DNA of 64,000 nt from a virus (Duplodnaviria; Caudoviricetes), in IMG/VR virus record IMGVR_UViG_3300028364_000013; one strand, given 5' to 3'. Each line of letters starts with the position of its first letter. Position 1 is the first letter of the stretch. The position numbers and the translations under genes are program-made. This document shows positions 1 through 9,093 of the stretch, piece by piece. The notes under the pieces are model-generated. The model searched no databases. It was not told the origin of the DNA and saw only the letters and a program-made list of their open reading frames with translations.

Positions 1-580
1 ATCCTCTTGGATTGATTCGTCTACAAGCTCTTTCCAGTCATCATTTCCATCAATGATTGATTGACGAATCTTTGTTGCCGAAATCCAAGCCAGGTTATCT
101 GGTGGTGTAAACTCGTTTATTTCGTATCCAACACCACGACCATAATTAACAGACTCAATATCTGGAATTACCACAACTTCAACATCATCACCCTTTGCTT
201 CATGATATTTTTCAATCATTGAAACCGTTTGTTCTGTTGTAAATGGATTCTTTTCATCTGGCTGAATGTCTCTTACCATTATAAGAGCTGGAATACCTTC
301 GTCCAACTTTTGTTGAACCAATGAAATATGCCCTTGATGGTAAGGCTGGTATCTTCCAACGAAAATAGCTCTCTTCTTATCTTTGTTTGGTGTTGGGTTT
401 CCTCCATGGTTTTCTTTAGACCACTTACTTGAATCTATTGGTTCCATGTTCATCTGCGTCAAAACTTTATCAACGCATTGCTCAACGCTAAACTTCCCAG
501 CCTCTAAAACAATATCTGGATTGTTTGGCTCTTCATACGGTGAGTCAATTCCTGTAAAATTAGGAATAATACCAGACCTT
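1..580 (-). CDS. Partial (runs off left edge) HxGH cytidylyltransferase-like domain preceded by a C-terminal remnant of adenylyl-sulfate kinase
   Basis: Manual translation: RSGIIPNFTGIDSPYEEP (APS-kinase C-terminal motif) ... KRAIFVGRYQPYHQGH ... ISATKIR. APS-kinase P-loop absent; first ATG at 453. Confidence 0.7.
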
Positions 581-742
581 CTCGATATATAAACCAGAGA
601 AAGCTCCTTTAAATCCGAAAGAGGCTGCTCCAGTTTCTTCACAACCCATCTCAACAAGTTGATTAAGCCTCTTTCTGGTTAGTTCATTACTTTCTTTTCC
701 CATATGAGAAAACACAAACTCTTCAACTTCTATCTTGCTCAT
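560..742 (-). CDS. Hypothetical protein, apparently 3'-truncated at a junction with the APS-kinase remnant
   Basis: 60-aa ORF downstream of a promoter motif at about 765-790; overlaps the APS remnant out of frame. Confidence 0.5.
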   Translation of the reverse strand: MSKIEVEEFVFSHMGKESNELTRKRLNQLVEMGCEETGAASFGFKGAFSGLYIEKVWYYS

Positions 743-810
743 ACTAAATTACTTTATAAAAAGTTATACGCAAAAAAAAGAGGAATGTTCTAAATTCCTC
801 TTATAATTTT

Positions 811-1125
811 TTAGCACCAGTACCAATTTCCCCAAGTACATCTCCAGGCGTATCCAGAATAATGCTGAGTGTACCACCCGTTGTTGCCCCAAACGTATAC
901 ATATCCGCTATATTGTTCTTGATACCATGTTGTAGCTCTACACTTTCTTTTAACAATAGCATTTCCCCAATTGTCATATCCAACAATTACATTTTGCCAC
1001 TGAGTCCAAGATTGACCTTGATATTGATAAACTCTACCTGTAGACCAATTACTTTGTGCATCAGCTGCAAATGTCATACCCACAACAAGAGCAAGTGTCA
1101 GCATTAATTTTTTTAATAATTTCAT
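811..1125 (-). CDS. Small secreted Trp/Tyr-rich protein
   Basis: N-terminal signal peptide MKLLKKLMLTLALVVGMTFAADA-Q; aromatic-rich mature part. Confidence 0.7.
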   Translation of the reverse strand: MKLLKKLMLTLALVVGMTFAADAQSNWSTGRVYQYQGQSWTQWQNVIVGYDNWGNAIVKRKCRATTWYQEQYSGYVYVWGNNGWYTQHYSGYAWRCTWGNWYWC

Positions 1126-1180
1126 AATTTTATTTTTATAAATTTATAAAAAATAATAATAAAAATCAAATATTAAAAAA

Positions 1181-1896
1181 TTACTTTTCAGATTTCAATT
1201 TTATACCACAAGCTCTTTCAAACATTTCATATTGCTTAATAACATTTTTCCACATTTTATTTTTCATACCTTTTCCCCATTTAGTATTGAATTCAGCAGA
1301 ATCAAGAAACTTTCTTTGAGGTTTAACAAAATCTAAAAAATCAAGACCAATCTCACTCGATAAACCTGCGATATTTTGATGAATCCAATTATACTCAAAA
1401 ACTTGCATTAAGTCAGCATCTCTAATTATACCTTGCCTAATGTTTAAATCTTTACCATCAATTTCATAAGGATATTGTGTAGCATCAATTATTTCATTAA
1501 CTGAATCCAAGTCAACCTCAATATCTTCAGATTCAATAAATAATTTTATTATTTTTTTTGAATTTTTAATATTTACATCATCCGTCTTCTTACCTCCTGA
1601 GTGATTTACATCATGAAAAATGGCAGCTATTAATAACTCTCTTAATTCTTTTTCGCCAGAAACACCTTCCTCTATAGCTCCAATATAACAGTATTTCAAC
1701 ACTGTTAAAAGATGATTTAAGTTATGATAAGGTTTATCGTTAGAATTGCTATTGATGATAATATATTTAAAAGCTTTTTAAGATAATCATATTTATCTAT
1801 AATCTCAATTGCTTCTAATTTTGTGTCAACCTTTTTTTCTCCTTCATTTATAAAACCTCCTGTACCAGAAAAGTATCTGCATTCTTTGTTTTTCAT
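1181..1896 (-). pseudogene. HD-domain phosphohydrolase with a frameshift at an A5 run (about 1775)
   Basis: PYHNLNH, FHDVNH and IIRDAD motifs; N-terminal part MKNKECRYF...DYLKK is in another frame. Confidence 0.7.
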
Positions 1897-1944
1897 TCAT
1901 TTATAATATTATAAAAATAATGCATAAAAATCAAATATTTGGAC

Positions 1945-1981
1945 AAAAAAAAGGCTAAACAACTTTGAAGTTATTTAACCT
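1945..1981 (-). terminator. Intrinsic terminator after the large ncRNA
   Basis: AGGTTAAATAAC-TTCAAA-GTTGTTTAGCCT followed by a T run on the minus strand. Confidence 0.75.
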
Positions 1982-1984
1982 TTT

Positions 1985-2940
1985 TGGTTTTAAAAGCCTG
2001 AGTTTACAGCATTTATTAGCGTCCTTTAATGACCTTACCCACATCATCTTGCGGTTAATCAATGTATCCACGCACCCTTTCAGGTGGTATACGCCAGTCT
2101 CGATACCTATGGGGTATCATTCCTATCGTGCAATCTAACTCTGTATTTTCCACCTACACTATCTTGCCAGACATATGCGAGCTTTCGTTACAATCGACAC
2201 CCACCTTGCGAGGATGAATGACTCCCTGATTCTGCCGAAGCATCCAGGGTCTGAGAGACCTTTTAATATACACGCCCATGAGACTTTCACTTTTTTTCTG
2301 TTTATAGTAAAAACCAGCCATGCCAAGGCTAATATATACTGCATGAGATATACAGTACGAAGAGACGTGCCCACAGGAGTGGTTTCATAACTTTTTGGTT
2401 ACAAAATGCCACACGCCTCTCTGTTAGTCTATGCTGACCAACAATTAAACCCGAATTACTTTCTACGAATAGTTAAGTAACCAAATCCAAATGAGATGAA
2501 GCCCTTGCGTTTCTTACACGCTCGAACAACACAACTAAGCTTTTCCTTTTCATCAGCCGAAGCCAACTTTTTTTGCAAAATTTCTAATGCTCAACTACCA
2601 TTTTTAATCTCATGATAGTTTACCTTGTCCAGGTAAGTACTCACTTATTGCATAGGTGTCCAACAGAATAAATTCTGAAGGCGAGGGTGACACCCCCTTT
2701 TATAGCTTGTTACCAAACTTTATCTTCCCACAAGGGGCTTGCAATGATTTTCATCACCACGAGACTCTACACAGCCTCAAAATGATTGTTATTTGAATTG
2801 TAAAAGCTGGTTCATGTTACATAACCAATTTAAAAGCGAAGGACTCTGCTATATTTCATACAGTTGAATGTTTGTCCCATTCTCACTTTCCTCACTTACT
2901 CTTACTGTCGAATGGACCTAAACATTTAGACCAATAACAA
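1985..2940 (-). ncRNA. Large structured ncRNA of about 950 nt, GOLLD-like
   Basis: No credible ORF, GC higher than flanks, many short hairpins with GNRA/UUCG loops, own promoter and terminator. 3' part (AGTGTAGG...AGACTGGC...GTGGA...CTCAGGCTTTT) recalls GOLLD 3' domains from memory. Confidence 0.6.
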
Positions 2941-2958
2941 TTTTTTCAATATTTTTAA

Positions 2959-3025
2959 TTCAAAGAACGTTTCCTTTTGTCTTGCGACTCTGCAAAGCTA
3001 AACTATTTATTAACACAATGCAAGC
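2959..3025 (-). promoter_or_regulatory. Bacteroidota-type promoter (TAGCTTTG at 2993-3000) plus boxA-like GTTCTTTGAA (2959-2968) upstream of the ncRNA
   Basis: Matches the TAnnTTTG -7 consensus; TTG about 20 nt upstream. Confidence 0.6.
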
Positions 3026-3051
3026 TTTTTTTAAAAAAAATAAAAACTTTT

Positions 3052-3690
3052 TTATTTTCTACCTTTTTCCCAACCTTGTTGAGTATGGTTTTCCAACTCA
3101 TGTTTTTTTATTTTCTTGTTTTCTCCATCTCTGGTAATCCAACAAGTTCCATACTGAGAGTTCTTCCCCCCTTTTCCAAGACCCTTCTTTGATTCGCTCA
3201 TCAATTTCTTTGTCTCTTCTGTATGACTCTTTCCACTCCAATCGTATTGCTTTACCTTGCCTAATACATGTAGTTTTTTCATATTTTTAGAAGCTTTTTC
3301 ACTATGCCACTTAGCATACTCTTTATCTTCCTTTAATTTAATAGTATGTACTTTTCCTCCACGTTTACCACCTTTTGAAGAGGATTTAATATTTAAAAAT
3401 CCACCTTGACCTCCAACCATAAGATTCATACAATCTTTTTTTGCAATCTCATTTAGGTTGACAACCTCCTCCTCTCTCCTCTTCAACTCTTCTCTGGAAT
3501 CTAAAAACTCCAGTATTTCTCTCTCATGGTTTTCTTCACCATGCTTGTTTATGGAATATCTCAGTCTTTTTCCTGAACCCAAATAACCATCTTCTAAATT
3601 GTCTGTTGAGTGCATTCCAATGTAATACTTGCCACTCAGCAAGTTTGTCGTCTTGTAAATGAAGTGAAACTTCTTTTCTTTTCTTGGCAT
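3052..3690 (-). CDS. GIY-YIG homing endonuclease with NUMOD3-like tail
   Basis: IYKTTNLLSGKYYIGMHSTDNLEDGYLGSG; HTEETKKLMSES. Confidence 0.85.
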   Translation of the reverse strand: MPRKEKKFHFIYKTTNLLSGKYYIGMHSTDNLEDGYLGSGKRLRYSINKHGEENHEREILEFLDSREELKRREEEVVNLNEIAKKDCMNLMVGGQGGFLNIKSSSKGGKRGGKVHTIKLKEDKEYAKWHSEKASKNMKKLHVLGKVKQYDWSGKSHTEETKKLMSESKKGLGKGGKNSQYGTCWITRDGENKKIKKHELENHTQQGWEKGRK

Positions 3691-3742
3691 AACCTATCTG
3701 TTTAAAGATAAATAGTACAAAAAAGTACAAAATCGACTAAGG

Positions 3743-3813
3743 GAATCCATACGGGATTCGAACCCGTGCCTCCTGCCGAAAGGCAAGCGCTCTATCCGCT
3801 GAGCTAATGGACA
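3743..3813 (-). ncRNA. tRNA-like RNA whose anticodon loop is a 4-6 nt loop
   Basis: Normal D arm (GCTC..GAGC) and T arm (ACGGG-TTCGAAT-CCCGT); anticodon arm CTTGCC-TTTC-GGCAGG. Confidence 0.6.
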
Positions 3814-3897
3814 CATCACCTTAATATCGTTCTACTAAAACTATCTTCAGGCTCCATTCACAACATTAGTAGGGTTGCTTCAGGACTTTTTTTAAAG

Positions 3898-3997
3898 TGG
3901 CGAAGGGAGGATTCGAAACCTCCGACCCCCAATGCTGTCCATTCTTTCACAAGAACAACTAACACACTGGTGCTCTGACCAACTGAGCTACCTCGCC
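3898..3997 (-). ncRNA. tRNA-like RNA with a 30-nt structured insertion replacing the anticodon loop
   Basis: Acceptor GGCGAGG/CTTCGCC-A; stem CCAGTG/CATTGG encloses TGTTAGTTGTTCTT-GTGA-AAGAATGGACAG. Confidence 0.7.
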
Positions 3998-4039
3998 AAA
4001 TGATGATGTAGTCACTTACGCAGCAACACCATCAATTTT

Positions 4040-4426
4040 TTAGACTTTCAAAAAAGGCATAACCCCTTTCAATACATCTAAATGGGTCAAGATGACATTT
4101 GCATTAGCATCAGCTTTCAGCAGAACCTCAAGTGATGGATAATACGTTATATCTCTTTCTTCCATTTCCTCCCACCCATAACATGAACAGTGACCACCTG
4201 ATACCGCAGCCTATTGCCCTGAGGCAGTGAACCCGTGTTGAGTAACCCACTCTTCGTAATCATCAAGTTGATAACCATCAGCCATTACAACCCATAGTAC
4301 ATCTCCTAAAGCGAATTGAATTCTGTCGATGTTCTCAATACCTGTTTCCAAGTATTTAGGACCACCCCAGTTATTCATTCCTGCTTGAGCCGAAAGTGCT
4401 TCTTCAAATGTTTCAAATTTTTTCAT
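4040..4426 (-). CDS. Hypothetical protein (128 codons) with one in-frame TAG at 4211-4213
   Basis: ...TQHGFTASGQ*AAVSGGHCSCYGWEEMEERDITYY... continues in frame for 56 more codons to TAA. Confidence 0.6.
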
Positions 4427-4865
4427 GATAATATCTTTTTTAGTTAGTATTAGACTTTTCCTAAAATATTATCGCTTCCTTATTTAAAGTTTGAAGAAAT
4501 ACGCTTCAGCAACAACTTGGTCTTCTGTTTGAGCGCAACGTTAATTACAAGCAAATCGTAATACACCTTGTTATTGCTGAATATTTTTAATTTTCAATAT
4601 GTCAATGAACTTTTAGAACCGTTGTTCTAAAAAAACAAAACGCTTTGAAAGATGTAACCTTAGTCCCTTCTGCCCTATTCTGGCGGGAGCCTGAGAATGT
4701 GTTCTTATGGTACAGTCCATCGGCCTTAGTCACTCTATCGTGAGCTTTTCTTAATCTCGTCACCGAGGTATTTCGTTTTGTTTTCTGTTTCTTTATACGG
4801 GCAAAGATATATAATGTTCTACTAATTACCAAAAGAATTTTAATCTTTTTTTAAACCACTATAAA

Positions 4866-5183
4866 TCAACCGTTTGGATACTTACTTTTTAATTCAGCAA
4901 GAACCCTTCTTTCTTCAAGTTCTTTAATATCCTTAGCTTCTTGGGTTGCTGCAGCATCATCTGCTGCAAATAAACCATCAATATCTAATTCGCCCTTATT
5001 TTCACTCACTTCATACAAAGTAGCTCTTTGAATGTTATCTCTTCCGAAATATTCAATTTTTTCTCTCACTTTATTTCCAAGCTCTTCTTCAGAAAATGCT
5101 TCAAATTCAACAATAGTTTCTCCACACGATATAGTGTAGTCACATCCGTTACCTTGATATAGGTGTAATAATAATTTTGCCAT
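4866..5183 (-). CDS. Hypothetical protein
   Basis: 105-aa ORF, tightly packed with upstream gene. Confidence 0.7.
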   Translation of the reverse strand: MAKLLLHLYQGNGCDYTISCGETIVEFEAFSEEELGNKVREKIEYFGRDNIQRATLYEVSENKGELDIDGLFAADDAAATQEAKDIKELEERRVLAELKSKYPNG

Positions 5184-5184
5184 C

Positions 5185-5926
5185 TTAATCTAATTTTTCT
5201 AATTTCTTTAATATCTTAGGATTGAACTCATCGACCCTATCATTTCCAAACCTAATTGAAAGTCCGTCCTCTCTTGTGTTCTTAATGACAAAACCTTTTA
5301 GTCCTATAAATGCACCATATTCTACTCGGTCATCTCTATCCATTTTCTTTTCATCAAGCATAACCCAATCATTCCTCTTTACTTCTTCAAGAATATTGTC
5401 AGTCTTTACTGTATGCCTGAACTTTCCTTTGAAATACTCCAGCATCACATGAATTCTATCACTATGAAGGTATCCAAGTTCTCCAACCTGCTCAGAATCT
5501 GGCATCTCACGACCCCATGGTTCTCCAGTCAACATAACACTCGAACAAACAGAAGTTGTAGGTCTAACGTAATGCCACCCATCTCTATGAGGCATATCAT
5601 AATACATGCTACCTTGTGATATAATCGTAGAGAATACCTCTGGTTCTTCAAGACCTTCTCCGAATCCTACACCCATTTCATATTCTCCTTCAAGCACATG
5701 AATAGCGCTTGGCCAAGGGTGAGGATGAAACAAAGACTCCCCTGCAGCGCAAGGATGAATAAAGTGTAAAAACAATCTATGATTTCCCAGTTGACACCAA
5801 AGCCTTTCAACGTGTGGTGGATGGTAATTTACATCTACTGATTTCCATATAGAAGCGTCACACAAAAGGTCATACAATTTAACTCTTTCAATCTGTTGTA
5901 GTTTTTCTATAAAAGTCCTTTCCATA
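5185..5926 (-). CDS. Cupin-fold protein with C-terminal extension
   Basis: FHPHPWPSAIHVLEGEYEMG ... GWHYVRP cupin-like motifs. Confidence 0.55.
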
Positions 5927-5999
5927 TCTAATAGCAAAAGTATGGAATGTTTGAATGAATACCAAAAATATAAACCTATTTATAAGAAACTTTTTTATA

Positions 6000-7511
6000 A
6001 TGGACAATATTGAACTTGAAAATGAAATAGAACTAAGGATGAATCCTCACGACTTTTCCTTATCTACAGGGGGCTTAATAGATATAATGAATGAATACGA
6101 TTTATCTGAGCATGATGTAGCCTTTGTTTATAGTAAAATAGTAGAAAGAAAAAGAGAAGAACTTGTAGATACCTCAAAAGATGTTATCAAATATTTTAGA
6201 GATAAAGGAAATCACTACCCTTCATTTAATGAGTTCAAAACAGTTTTTAAACAATACGGTCCTACTTTTGTAGACGACAAAATTCTAAGAGATATGCACA
6301 GGAGAGAAACACGAGATTCAAACCAAATTTCAATGTTTGAAATCAGAAAAATGATTAGAGAAGGGCTTGGTTCTATGTGGAGCGAGTTTGACCCAGAAGA
6401 ATTTGAAGGTGATGCAAAAAAAGCTGCAATGCAAGACATTGGAGACGAATTTGAAGAGCTTGGCACTACTAAGTACGAAAAAGGTATGGACAAAGATGAG
6501 TTCATAGGAAACCTTGACAGAGTTAAGTTAAATTTACCAAGCGATGAAGAAGAGTTCGAAAGAATCTCCAGCATGATGAAAAAGAAAAAAAGCCATGAGG
6601 ACCTATTTGGAGCAGGTACATTGAATGAGGAAGGGATTGGTCAACAAGGTTTATTTAAACCACAAGACTCTCAAGGAAATGACATAAACCTTAAAGCTCT
6701 TGTCACAAACTTGGAAGGGACAAAGAAAGGTCGTGTGCTTGGATTTGGAGATGATGGACAAGGAAACCAAACTATAAGAGTAAGCTGGGCATGGCCTATG
6801 GATATGAAATTCACAGCACCAGAAGAAATGGGAGACAAAGTAGAAATGGCAGCCGACCTTATTGTTCAAGGAATGAACGAGAACAATGGAGAAGCTGGAA
6901 GAAACAACTTAAGAGCCGTTGAAGTTACTTATGTTGACGGCACAGTTATACCAACATCAATGGCTGCTCATCTATCAGACGAAGACATTAAAGCCTATTT
7001 TGAACCAGGTAAACTATTTAACATCGGAAGTGTTGAAGATAATATGCAAGCAGTACAATCAATAAATATAATAAGAGAAGATATGGACAACTTAAATGAA
7101 AATGAAGAAGTGGTTATGGCCACTGGAATGCTAAACAAAGCGCTTATGGACTTTCACAACGCAGGAGGAAGCAAAGAGTCTGCACAACAACAGCTTGATT
7201 CTGTTTTTGTTGGCTCAGACAGCGAATGGTCTACTCATGTAGATGCTATGAAATCAAAATACCCCGACATGTACCAAGATGGTATTGAGGAAGCGAGAGG
7301 TCTTGGTCATGGAGTTAAAAATTCAGGAGATAGAAATGTTAAAAGAAGTAATGATAATTCTCACGCTCCAGTAACAACTCTTCCAGAAGGTAGAACTCTT
7401 GATTCTAAAATCAAAACTTTATCAGAAAGCGCTCCTACAAAGAAGGACCTTTTAAACTTCATTAGCGAACAAGCAACAAAGCTTGCTAAAGATATTAGAG
7501 AAGGTAAATAA
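6000..7511 (+). CDS. Acidic late (probable virion head/internal) protein
   Basis: TATTTATA motif at 5977-5984 places the start at ATG 6000; repeated L/I/M-x-E motifs (LNE, MNE, IRE, LSE). Confidence 0.65.
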   Translation: MDNIELENEIELRMNPHDFSLSTGGLIDIMNEYDLSEHDVAFVYSKIVERKREELVDTSKDVIKYFRDKGNHYPSFNEFKTVFKQYGPTFVDDKILRDMHRRETRDSNQISMFEIRKMIREGLGSMWSEFDPEEFEGDAKKAAMQDIGDEFEELGTTKYEKGMDKDEFIGNLDRVKLNLPSDEEEFERISSMMKKKKSHEDLFGAGTLNEEGIGQQGLFKPQDSQGNDINLKALVTNLEGTKKGRVLGFGDDGQGNQTIRVSWAWPMDMKFTAPEEMGDKVEMAADLIVQGMNENNGEAGRNNLRAVEVTYVDGTVIPTSMAAHLSDEDIKAYFEPGKLFNIGSVEDNMQAVQSINIIREDMDNLNENEEVVMATGMLNKALMDFHNAGGSKESAQQQLDSVFVGSDSEWSTHVDAMKSKYPDMYQDGIEEARGLGHGVKNSGDRNVKRSNDNSHAPVTTLPEGRTLDSKIKTLSESAPTKKDLLNFISEQATKLAKDIREGK

Positions 7512-7518
7512 ATTAAAT

Positions 7519-8226
7519 ATGAATTTAGTAGAACAGCTGGCTAAAATATTAAAACCAATACTATCTGAAGAATTGGAACCAGAGGGCGCTTCATACAAAT
7601 CTACTCTTAATAGAATATCTGAATTGTCAGATGAGATTAATGATTTGATTGACGAATCGGATGACCTACCTTCTTGGATTCAAGATAAGATTACAATAGC
7701 AAATCACAATATGGATGCTATTCTTGGTTATTTTAAATCTCAAGAACTTGACGAAGAGTCAAAAGGTCTTTGGGCAAATATTCACGCCAAGAGAAAAAGA
7801 GGAGAATCTCCTGCTAAAAAAGGAGAAAAAGATTATCCAGATAAAAAATCATGGGACAAAGCTTCTAAGTCAGAATCTCTTTCAGAAGAAGAATATAATG
7901 AAGCATGTTCAATAATGGAAAGAGTATCTTTCATGTCTGAAGGAGATAAGTTCGGCTTTAAAGAGATTGATGCTCCAGAATTAAATGAAGCTGAATACCA
8001 AGGTAGAAAAGTTGAGCTGGGAAAACCTACAGCAGGTGATGTCAAAAAATTTAAAGTATACGTTAAGAATGATAAAGGAAACGTAGTTAAAGTAAACTTT
8101 GGACAAAAGGGTGTTAGAATTAAAAAAAATAACCCAGAAAGAAGAAAGTCATTTAGAGCAAGACACAACTGTGAAAACCCAGGACCAAGATGGAAGCCGA
8201 GATATTGGTCTTGTAAAAAATGGTAA
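7519..8226 (+). CDS. Modular late protein typical of large myophage virion regions
   Basis: Modules GLWANIHAKRKRGE and EAEYQGRKV...VNFGQ...RKSFRARHNC...RYWSCKKW separated by LxE motifs. Confidence 0.7.
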   Translation: MNLVEQLAKILKPILSEELEPEGASYKSTLNRISELSDEINDLIDESDDLPSWIQDKITIANHNMDAILGYFKSQELDEESKGLWANIHAKRKRGESPAKKGEKDYPDKKSWDKASKSESLSEEEYNEACSIMERVSFMSEGDKFGFKEIDAPELNEAEYQGRKVELGKPTAGDVKKFKVYVKNDKGNVVKVNFGQKGVRIKKNNPERRKSFRARHNCENPGPRWKPRYWSCKKW

Positions 8227-8227
8227 A

Positions 8228-8927
8228 ATGAAAAAAGTAATCTGCAAAAATTGTGATTGGAAATGGGATATAGAAAAGGATGACAAAAACCCTTACTTAT
8301 GTCACAAATGTGGGTACGATAATAAGAAAGATAAATTTGACTACAAAGCTCTTAATAAATGGAAGAGTGATAATGGAATCAAAGAATATATAATAGACAT
8401 CAGAAAAATAATACAGGAAGAATTTGAAAAAATTTTTAAAATTGATTATCCATACCATAAAATCGAAAAGCTAGTAGATTATTATAAGGAAGAGTTTGAT
8501 GATTATATGGATAAACAAGGGTGGAATATATTTCAATCCGATTCACCTTCGCTTTTATGATAAATATAATACTGATGGTGATTATTTTTGGCAAATTCAA
8601 GTTGTAGATGAGCCATATGGAGAAGCTGGATTCTATGACCAAGATAAAAATGCTGTTATTGGAATTTCTACAGACCAAGAAGCTATAGGGCTTGCTAGAA
8701 AAACAGGCCTCATGGTTGATGATGATGGAGTTGTGTTTGGATTTCAAGGACATTCACTTTTATCTGAAGAAATTAACTTGCCGATAGAAATTGGTGATGA
8801 AATTTTAACTGGACGATTCAAAAACAAGAAGACTAAAATTAAATCTATTGATAAAAACGATAAGGGCGACTTAACAATTAATGATAAGCCTGCTCTTAAG
8901 TTTAGAATACCTAAAAATACAAAATAG
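8228..8927 (+). CDS. Zn-ribbon-containing hypothetical protein, probably one gene split by a frameshift near 8520
   Basis: CKNCDWKW..CHKCG; overlapping ORFs 8228-8560 and 8496-8927 each look natural on one side of the junction. Confidence 0.5.
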
Positions 8928-8984
8928 AATTAAACAATCCTACCAAAATCTCTTTTACCAACTTTCATTATTTGACTCCGCATG

Positions 8985-9058
8985 TACCGATGAAGGGTTT
9001 CGAACCCTAAGCCTTATCCTTATGAGGGATACGTACTAACCTATTATACGACATCGGC
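8985..9058 (-). tRNA. tRNA-Met or Ile2 (CAT)
   Basis: Cloverleaf; TATCC-CTCATAA-GGATA. Confidence 0.85.
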
Positions 9059-9093
9059 ATGTGATGGATTGATAGCTCCATCGGGCATTTTCC

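Noticed and set aside
2159-2390. 71-aa ORFs on both strands
   Set aside because: No RBS or protein-like composition; they lie inside the structured ncRNA
3000-3010. T4-type late promoter TATAAATA in T4 orientation
   Set aside because: Across the window the motif precedes genes as TATTTAT in the sense strand, so it is treated as a separate motif
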